Source: Verrucomicrobiota bacterium (GTDB lineage: Bacteria; Verrucomicrobiota; Verrucomicrobiia; Limisphaerales; J093). From it: a stretch of DNA of 64,000 nucleotides. Shown here one piece after another: positions 56,594 to 64,000 of the stretch (positions within the stretch are counted from its first letter, which is position 1; each line of letters starts with the position of its first letter). The notes under the pieces are model-generated. The model had not been told where the DNA came from. It ran no database searches and saw only the letters and a list, made by a program, of their open reading frames with translations. The translations under genes and the position numbers were made by a program. The stretch covers positions 175,629 through 239,628 of the forward strand of contig JAOSKK010000001.1 in the NCBI GenBank assembly GCA_027493615.1, read 5' to 3'.

Positions 56594-56911
56594 CTACGCA
56601 GCCGCCGCCGGCGTGGGCGCGCTGGCCGGCGCGTGGGAGAATTGGACCCGGAACACATCCGGACTCAGCGCAAATCGCGCACGCAACGTCTCGAGCGCCG
56701 TCGGCGGGGCCGCGAAGATGACGTTCACGTAGAACCCCGAGGTCACCTTCTTGTCCGCCGCGCGGGCAAACTGCCGTTTGTCCATCTTCTGCGTGGTCTC
56801 GATCCGGCCACCCTGCACGGCGATCTCCGCCGCGATCTTGTCCACCAGCGCCGGAACGCCTTCGTCCTTGCCCGCCGTGTTCAGAATAAACAGACCTTCG
56901 TAACGTTTCAC
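56594..56911 (-). CDS. rpsF: 30S ribosomal protein S6
   Basis: 'MKRYEGLFILNTAG...GGRIETTQKMDKRQFA...GFYVNVIF'. Its position directly upstream of ssb matches the usual operon order. Confidence 0.9.
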   Translation of the reverse strand: MKRYEGLFILNTAGKDEGVPALVDKIAAEIAVQGGRIETTQKMDKRQFARAADKKVTSGFYVNVIFAAPPTALETLRARFALSPDVFRVQFSHAPASAPTPAAAA

Positions 56912-57517
56912 TCTGCTTGCCTTTGTTCAGGGGGCGCCACGGCCCCGTTAAATCGGTTCATCGCCTGGCCCAGGCCGGCTTCGAGCCAGCACTCGACCGC
57001 TTCCACCGCCCGGTCCAGAACCCGGGCAAACCACTCGCTCTCCGCCGCCTCGAACGCCCCGAGCACATGGCCGATGATCTCCCGACCCGCTTCCCGCGCG
57101 CCGCCCAATCCCCAGCCGCATCCGGGCGTATGCGCGAGTGCCCAGGTGCTGCTCGACCGATTGCAGCCCCCGGTGCCCGCCGCTGCTCCCGTCGGGCCGC
57201 AGCCGCAGTGTGCCCAGCGGCAGGTCGGCGTCGTCCACCACCACCAGCAACCCGCTCGCCGGCAGCCGATGGTACCGGAGCACCGCGCCCACCGACTCAC
57301 CGCTGATGTTCATGAAGGTTTGCGGCTGACACAACCAGCACACCCTCGCCCCGAACCTGGCCTGGGCCAGTCGCGCTTGAAAGCGCCGTTCCACCCGCCA
57401 CGCCGCGTTCCATCGCTCGGCCAACCGGTCCGTCAGCATGAACCCTGCATTATGCCGCGTCCGCGCGTATTCCGCACCCGGGTTTCCCAATCCCACGATG
57501 AGCGCTGCATCCTGCAC
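56908..57517 (-). CDS. pth: Peptidyl-tRNA hydrolase; frame broken once
   Basis: 'LIVGLGNPGAEYARTRHNAGF', 'PQTFMNISGESV', 'LLVVVDDADLPLGTLRLRPDGSSGGHRGLQS'. The C-terminal part 'GREIIGHVLGAFEAAESEWF...' lies in the frame of ORF 56908..57300, with the join near 57100. Confidence 0.9.
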
Positions 57518-57574
57518 GCCGGCTCGTCACCCGCCACCACCGCAGCCCCGTTCACCCGGAGCCGTCCGCCACGG

Positions 57575-58317
57575 CTATTTCTTCTCCGGCTTCTCGGCCT
57601 TCTCCGGCTTTTCCACCTTCTTTTCGGCCTTTTCGGCCTTCTCGCCCTTGGCCGGAGCGGTCTCGGTCCCCTCTTCCTTCTTCTCGGTCAGGACCTCGGG
57701 CTCGGCAGCGCCCGCCTCGGCGGCTGCGGCCTCGGCCGCCTTCTCTTCCTCCTCCGTCACCGGCGCGGCGACCGCGACGACGGAAATGTGTTTGTCGCCG
57801 AGGATCTCGGTGCCCGGCGGGGGGGTGATGTCCCCGATGTGAATTGCCTGACCGATCTCGGAGGTGGGACACGTCCAGGCGGATGACTTCCGGCAGTTCT
57901 TTGGGCAGGGCCCGCACCTTGAGCTTGAAGAGAATCAGCTCGAGAATGCCCCCGCCTTGACCCCGGCTGACTCGCCGGTCGTTTCCACCGGCACGGTGAT
58001 CACCACCCGCTCGTCTTCCGCCACCTCATGGAAGTCCACGTGCAGGATGTCCCCCGCAACGGGTGATGCTGGATCTCCTGCACCAGGGCCAGTCGCTTGT
58101 CGGCCCTTCGCCTTCGACGGTCAGGTCCACCAGGATGTTCTCCGACGCCGACTGGTGCACCAGCTTCTCCAGTTCCTCGAGCCGGAGTTCCAGACTCTGC
58201 GGGGCACGCCGGCGGCCATAGATCACCGCTGGCACCCGCTCGTGGGTCCGCAGCTTCTTCACGGCGGACCGGCGCCGGGCCGTCCGCGGGAAACACAGTC
58301 AAAGGCAACGATTTCAT
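57575..58317 (-). CDS. rplY: 50S ribosomal protein L25 / general stress protein Ctc with an acidic-lysine tail; frame broken about 5 times
   Basis: The reconstructed reading across three frames is MKSLPLTVFP / RTARRRSAVKKLRTHERVPAVIYGRRRAPQSLELRLEELEKLVHQSASENILVDLTVEGEG / KRLALVQEIQHHPLRG / DILHVDFHEVAEDERVVITVPVETTGESAGVKAGG / ILELILFKLKVRALPKELPEVIRLDVSHL / EIGQAIHIGDITPPPGTEILGDKHISVVAVAAPVTEEEEK... The ATG is at 58317. The conserved prs-rplY-pth gene order supports the call. Confidence 0.8.
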
Positions 58318-58350
58318 TTCACTCTCACCGCGCGTGGCGGGCAACCAGGC

Positions 58351-59295
58351 TCATTCCGGCCGCCCACCTTTGAACTCGAAGAGCGAAGTGACCGACGAAT
58401 TCGTGTGAATTCGCTTGATCGCTTCGCCCAACAACCCCGCCACCGACAGCGTCGTCAGGTTCACACCGCGGATCGCAGGGCGGGCAACGCTATCAGTGGT
58501 GATCAGTTCGTCAATATTCGATTTGCGCAGCCGGTCCAGCCCCATGTCCGACAGCACCGCGTGGGACACCGCCGCCAGCACCCGCTTCGCCCCCCGCCGC
58601 TTGAGCAGCTTCGCCGCCGAGGTCAGCGTCCCGGCCGTCTCCGTCAGGTCGTCCACCATCAACACGTTGCGCCCCCGCACCTCGCCGATCACCGTGTCGT
58701 GCTCGACTTCCGTCGCGCTCTTGCGCCGCTTGGCCACGATGGCCAACCCCGCCGCCAGGACCTGCGCATAGGCATGGGCCATCTTCAACCCGCCCACGTC
58801 CGGGCTCACCACCACCAGATCCGCCAAGTCCTTCTGCTTCAGATAGTCGAACATCACGGGCGCCGCGTACAGGTGATCCACCGGGATGTCGAAGAAGCCC
58901 TGAATCTGCTGGGCGTGCAGATCCATCGTCAACACCCGGTTCGCGCCCGCCGCCACCAGCAGGTTTGCCACCAGCTTCGCCGTGATCGGCACCCGTGGCT
59001 GGTCCTTGCGATCCTGCCGCGCGTACCCGTAAAACGGCAGCACCGCCGTGATCCGCTTGGCGCTCGCCCGCCGCAGGGCATCAATCATGATGAACAGCTC
59101 CATCAGATGATGGTTCGTCGGCGGGCTCGTGGACTGCACCACAAACGTGTCCTCCCCCGCACGTTCTCATCAATCTTCACGAACGTTTCGCTGTCCGGGA
59201 ACTGGCTCACCGTGCACTTGCCCAGGGGCATGCCGATGGCCTGGCAAATGGCTTCCCGCCAAAGGACGGTTCGAGGTGCCGCTGAAAACTTTCAC
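58351..59295 (-). CDS. prs: Ribose-phosphate pyrophosphokinase; frame broken twice near the 5' end
   Basis: GTG 59295 'VKVFSGTSNRPLA / EAICQAIGMPLGKCTVSQFPDSETFVKIDENVRG / EDTFVVQSTSPPTNHHLMELFIMIDALRRASAKRITAVLPFYGYARQDRK...'. The PRPP loop is 'VVVSPDVGG' plus 'VLMVDDLTETAGTL'. One of the indels is at the C5 run 59154..59158. Confidence 0.9.
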
Positions 59296-59495
59296 GGAAT
59301 CGGGTGGTTGAACGCTGGCGAATCGAGGCGCCGTCGGCCCGCAGGGCGGTTGCCAGCGCAAAATGTGTCGGGACGGTAACAACCACCCCCCACCAGGCAA
59401 GCGGGAAGTTGCCCCGCCCCGACGCACCGACGCGCCCGACGTGCGAAATCCTGCTTGCGCGGCGAGGGCTCCGGTGCTATGGAGTCCACCGTCGC

Positions 59496-59569
59496 GCGGG
59501 TGTGGTTCAATGGTAGAATGCGGGCTTCCCAAGCCTGAGGCGAGGGTTCGATTCCCTTCACCCGCTCCA
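59496..59569 (+). tRNA. tRNA-Gly (anticodon CCC), with CCA encoded
   Basis: GCGGGTGTGGTTCAATGGTAGAATGCGGGCTTCCCAAGCCTGAGGCGAGGGTTCGATTCCCTTCACCCGCTCCA. The acceptor stem is GCGGGTG/CACCCGC and the anticodon stem is CGGGC/GCCTG with loop TTCCCAA. The T-loop is GGTTCGATTCC. The layout is the same as classical bacterial tRNA-Gly(CCC). Confidence 0.9.
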
Positions 59570-60217
59570 ACTTCCCAGGCTCAACCACAAGCACTTACGA
59601 GAGGTCCGGCGTCCATGGGGGGCAATGCCGTCAGGCAATTCAGCCCTCGACCGGCGCGACCGTGATGGCGACCGGCTTCCTCGGGTAGCTGTTGCGCTTG
59701 AGTCGCGGCCAACGGCCCACTGGCCGCCGGGATCGCAACCGGCCCAGTCGCCTACAGCAGCTTTCGGTCGTAGCGGTCCACGACGACGACGGCCCGGGTC
59801 GGCTCCGGTGCGGCCGTGAGGGGCTATACGGACGGTGCCCTAAGAAGCGGAGGGGAGGGAGCGATGGCTCGTGGGCATTACTCTCTCTTCTCCAATCCCA
59901 GGGGTGAGAACCGAACAAGCGACAACAACGATGCGCGCAGCGACCCCCGCAGGCCTAACTTAAATTCGCGCTTCCGTGGTCCAACACTTGGGGTCCACCT
60001 CACATCCGCCATCTACCAGACCAAGTGCGACGCGGTGTACCAGCACGTGTATGACATGTACGGGGGCGCGAGGCTGGCGTAACACCGCACCTTTCGGTAG
60101 CATGGATCCGCAACGACGAGCATCCGAGTAAGAGTTCACCGGCTCTCAACCGCCTCCCCGCCGGAGAATGCGAGACGCTAATCGAGCATCTCCGTCGCAC
60201 GCAAACGGGAGAATCGT

Positions 60218-61776
60218 TTGTCTACGAAGAAGCGATCGACCTTGTGCTTCAGCAGGACTCGGTTGACACCCGGCGGCTCTCGCGCTCTGGGGCGCACGCA
60301 CTTTGAAGCTGAATTGAACACACCCTGGACAACGGTCGCCGGGCGGAGGTGGATCCCCGTCCTGGTTCTGGTCTCGCTGCTGTCTCCCCTTGGCGGGTGG
60401 GCCACCGCCGAGGAGATCACCGTGGACTTCTCCCGAACCCACGGCCTGTTCCGGCCCCTGCACGGCCTCAATCAGGGTCCCCTCTGCTATCGCGGCACGG
60501 TCGACCTTACCGCCTGGCATCGCGAGTTGGGTCCGCCGTTGACCCGCCTGCACGACGTCGTCTGGGTCCACGCGGACGCCGTGGATATCAGCACGATCTT
60601 CCGCGATTTCCGCGACGACCCGGCCGGGCCGGACAACTACGACTTCGCCACGACGGACGATTACGTGGCCGCCGTGGTGCGTGCCGGATCCCCGATCCTG
60701 TATCGCCTGGGAGAAAGCATCGAGCACACCCCGAGGAAGTATCGCGTGCACCCCCGCCGATGCGGCCCGGTGGGCGGAGGTCTGTTGCCAGATCATCCGG
60801 CATTACAACGAGGGGTGGGCCGACGGTTTCCGGCACCAGATCCGGTACTGGGAGATCTGGAACGAACCCGAGAATCAGCCGGCCATGTGGACCGGCACCG
60901 ACGAGCAGTTCTTCGAGCTCTATGAAATCACCGCCCGGGCCATCAAGAACCGCTGGCCCGACCTGAGGATCGGGGGCCCTTCCCTCGGGCACACCGGGAC
61001 CTTTCGTGGCCGGTCCGTTTCAGCCGGGCGAGTTCCTCTTGCGCTTCCTCCGTCGTTGCCGCGACCGGGGGCTGCCGCTGGATTTCTTCTCCTGGCATCG
61101 CTACGCCGACGATCCTGCCGACTTCGCCCGTTGCGCGCAGGCCGTGCGGCAGTTGCTCGACGCGCACGGGTTTTCCCGGACCGAAAGCCACCTCAACGAG
61201 TGGAACTACCTGCCCCGGAGAGGATTGGCGCCCATGATGCCCGAAGGCCAGGGACCCATTCGCGAGGCCTGGAGCGCCGAACTGCGCGGACCGAAGGGAG
61301 CCGCCTTTGTGGTCTGGACGCTGCTCTCGCTGCAGGATGCCCCTGTCGACATGGCCAACTTCTACGCGGCCGACATCCAGGCGTTCGGCCTGTTCAACTT
61401 CCACGGCGTGCCGCAGAAGACCTTCTTCGCCTTCCGGACGTTCCGCGCCCTGCTCGACACGCCACGACGCGTCCAGACCCCACCGTGCATCGCCGGCGGG
61501 GTCGCCGTCGGGGCTGGCTTGGATGGCTCTGGAACCCGCGCCGCGGTGCTCCTGAGCAACTTCCACACGACCCTCGGGCTGCCGGATCTGACGCTCCGGC
61601 GGCTCCCCTGGAGCGGACCCACCGCCTTCGAGGTGTGCATCGTGGATGCGACCGGCAACGGCGAGGTCGCGCGGGCGGGGATCCTGGGACCCGAACTCCG
61701 CCTGGCGCTGTCCGAACACCGCGGTCCCGCGGTGGCCTTTGTGAAGCTCCGCCCGGCACCGCCGTCCCCTCCTTGA
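60218..61776 (+). CDS. Secreted clan GH-A glycoside hydrolase (GH39-like TIM barrel); frame broken twice
   Basis: The signal is 'RRWIPVLVLVSLLSPLGGWATA' (the start is ambiguous between TTG 60218 and TTG ~60314). The catalytic acid/base motif is 'IRYWEIWNEPEN'. 'LDFFSWHRY' and 'ESHLNEWNY' are also present. ORFs 60218..60925, 60681..61973 and 61006..61776 join near 60760 and 61010. Confidence 0.7.
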
Positions 61777-61833
61777 GCTGCATGCCTCCCACTCCCCAGC
61801 CGACCGCATTTGCACCTGCACCCGTACCCGGCC

Positions 61834-61964
61834 GTAGGCGCCGACGTGAGGAGGCGCCGGGTCCGGGGCAACGCCACATCGCCTCCTTACGTCGGCACCT
61901 ACTACGATTTCGCCTCCTTACGTCGGCGCCCACTGCGATGTCGCCTCCTCACGTCGGCGGCTAC
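61834..61964. repeat. REP-like element with one left arm and three tandem right arms (site E)
   Basis: The left arm is GTAGGCGCCGACGTGAGGAGGCG (61834..61856). The right arms are CGCCTCCTTACGTCGGCACCTAC (61880..61902), CGCCTCCTTACGTCGGCGCCCAC (61911..61933) and CGCCTCCTCACGTCGGCGGCTAC (61942..61964). The period is 31 nt. Confidence 0.85.
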
Positions 61965-62056
61965 GGGCGGTAAAGAAGATCCGAATCACCCCTTGAACCT
62001 GTGAACCACCCCTTCGCTCGAATCTCCGTTCCCCTGGCGGCACCCGGGTTCGCCCG

Positions 62057-63952
62057 GTGGCCGGCCTGGTGATGCTTGCCTGGTGCCAGGCTGCGTTCCC
62101 GGCCGGGGGAGGTCGCGGCCGACGCCCAACTCGAGCCGCTGCCGCTCGCCCGGGTGGAGCTCCGCGATTCCTTCTGGATGCCCAAACACCGCGTCTATCG
62201 GGAGCGGACGATTCCGCACTCGTGGTTTTACCTGCAATGGGAACTGCGCGCCCTGCGTCGGGCGGCCGGTCAGCCGGTCGAGGGCGAACTGAACGGCACG
62301 TGGGGCGAGGCGAACCTGTACAAGTTCCTCGAGACCGCCGCCTATGCCCTGGCACAGGAGCGAGATCCGGTCCTGGAACGTCGGATCGACGAGGTCATCG
62401 CGCTGCTGGCCGCCGGACAACAACCGGACGGCTACCTCCACGTTTACGTCACGAACAACGGCAAGATCCCGTGGGACCCGGACTTCCTGGACGGTTCCCA
62501 CGACGGCTATGTGCTCGGCCATCTTATCGAGGCCGCGATCGAGTATCACGCCGCCACCGGCAACCGCGCGCTGCTCGACGTCGCCTGCAAGGCGGCCGAT
62601 CAGGCCTGGCGACATTTCCTCGGCCCAGGTGGCCGACCGGGATTCTGCGGGCATGCCGAGCTCGAGATGGCGCTGGTTGAGCTTTACCGCGTGACCCGCG
62701 AACCGCGCTACCTCGAGCTGTCCCGCGCTCTTGTCGGATGGCGCGGTCGAGGCAAGGTGAAGCCCTTCAGCGACACCCCCCGCGCCTACTTCCAGGACGC
62801 CGTCCCTCTCCGCGCCCAGCGCACGCTCGAGGGCCACGCGGTCCGCGCCCTCTTCTTTGCCACCGGTGTGGCCGATCTGGCGCGGGAGACGGGCGACGGC
62901 GATTACCGCCTGGCCGCCCATCGTTTCTGGGACAGCACGACCTTGCGTCGGATGACGGTCACCGGCAGCGTGGGGCCCCGCCGGGAACACGAGGCCTTCG
63001 GTGAGGATTACGAACTGCCCCACGACGGCTATTACGAGTCCTGTGCCGCCTGCGGACTTGTGGACTTCGCGCACCGCATGTTCCTGCTGGAACGTCGGGC
63101 CGACAGCGCCGATGTCCTCGAGCGTGTGCTCTACAACGCGGTGCTCCACGGCATCTCGCTCGGTGGCACCAACACCTACTACTGCAATCCTCTGCGCGAT
63201 CGCGATCACCTGCGGGACAACTGCTGGGTCTGCTGTCCCCCGAACCTCTCCCGCACACTGCTGCAGGTCGGCCGGTACGCGTACGCCCGCGGGCACACCG
63301 GCGCCCGACCCGACCTCTATGTGAACCTGTTCGTGGGCGGGAGCGTCCAGGTGCCTTTCCCCGCCGGCGAAGTGACCGTTCGGGTCGAGACCGACTATCC
63401 GTGGGACGAGCGGGTGACCTTCCGTGTGGCCACACCCGCGCCGGTCGCGTTCGCGCTGCACGTCCGGAAACCCGGCTGGTGCGAGCAGGCCCGGCTCGAA
63501 CTGAACAGCGCCCCGCAGGACACACTCCCGGACGACGCCGGCTACTGGTGTTTCGATCGGACCTGGAAGGACGGCGACTCGCTGCAACTGCGCCTGGCCA
63601 TGCCGGTGGTCCGGCTGGTGGCCCATCCGAACATCGCCGCCTGCCGGGGCCAGGTTGCGCTCCAGCGCGGCCCCTGGTCTACGGCGTTGAAGGACTCGAC
63701 AACGACGGCCACCCGGCCGTGACGCTGGGACCCGATCCGGCGTTCACGGTCGAGCACCAACCGGAACTGCTGGGTGGAGTCTCGGTGATTCGTGGGGTGG
63801 CGGCCGACGGCCGGTCCATTCTCGCGATCCCGTTCTACGCGCTCGCAAACCGCGAGCCATCGGCCCAGGAAGTGTGGGTGGAACAGGCGGGACTGAAATC
63901 CAGCGATGCCTGGTGGCTCGGGGCCCTCTACCGGCCCATCGGGCCGCCGTGA
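62057..63952 (+). CDS. Glycoside hydrolase family 127 (DUF1680; beta-L-arabinofuranosidase-like); frame broken twice
   Basis: 'GHLIEAAIEYH', 'GHAELEMALVELYRVT', 'LEGHAVRALFF', 'YYESCAACGLVDF' and 'NCWVCCPPNLSRT' are GH127/DUF1680 hallmarks. The signal peptide 'VAGLVMLAWCQAAFPAG' (GTG 62057) joins at G5 62105..62109. The C-terminal part (ORF 63401..63952) joins at C4 63671..63674 (...ALQRGP / LVYGVEGLDNDG...). The minus ORF 61986..63626 is an antisense shadow. Confidence 0.9.
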
Positions 63953-64000
63953 TCCGCGCTCTCGGCTGCCTTTTGCGGGACCCAGGCCGAGGCGTGCCTG

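Noticed and set aside
59496-61800. An integrated island at tRNA-Gly was considered (att duplication of the tRNA 3' end, integrase).
   Set aside because: I could not find a second copy of the tRNA 3' segment (TTCGATTCCCTTCACCCGC) downstream, and no integrase-like ORF is present. The next gene is an ordinary glycoside hydrolase.
61880-61964. A 31-nt periodic repeat array was considered as a mini-CRISPR.
   Set aside because: The spacers are only 8 nt, the repeats are arms of the REP-like palindrome family found elsewhere, and no cas genes are present.

Overview
This is a visibly GC-rich chromosomal segment, most likely from a Verrucomicrobiota/PVC-type bacterium. The evidence for that is a prepilin-type '[25 protein letters not shown]' N-terminus, a PEP-CTERM sorting signal, and many glycoside-hydrolase-like genes. 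I can support about 45 protein genes and one tRNA-Gly(CCC). I found no rRNA, no CRISPR array, and no recognisable transposase or integrase. The most interesting part is the first ~11.4 kb, which is one minus-strand defence locus with DISARM class 1 architecture. It runs SNF2 helicase, then a ~1,320-aa N6-adenine methyltransferase, then a DEAD/DEAH helicase that continues off the window edge. It is unusual because a fused XRE-HTH/ImmA-IrrE metallopeptidase gene and a PIN-domain gene are nested between the methyltransferase and the helicase. This inserted pair sits behind its own AT-rich promoter spacer, which carries a palindromic candidate operator, and it is translationally coupled to the helicase. 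The rest of the window is housekeeping or CAZyme-type: an S8 protease, waaA, a second SNF2 helicase, an M23 peptidase, metH, mtnA, cysI-cysH-cysD-cysN, the prs-rplY-pth-rpsF-ssb-rplI operon, and GH172, GH127 and clan GH-A-like genes. Two phenomena affect the whole window. (1) About 30 or more single-base frame disruptions occur, nearly all that I checked at short G/C homopolymers. They hit essential genes (metH, cysN, pth, prs, rplY) while protein motifs stay conserved in every fragment. I therefore read them as sequence/assembly indels rather than pseudogenes, and I give gene-level coordinates that bridge them. (2) A 23-bp palindromic REP-like repeat (GTAGGCGCCGACGTGAGGAGGCG and its complement) occurs at five intergenic sites in single, nested and tandem arrangements. 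I also note a single AAA+/DUF4143 gene flanked by ~28-bp direct repeats, a 79-bp palindrome upstream of the defence locus, and several degraded gene remnants. The many long antisense ORFs in the track are GC-driven shadow ORFs.
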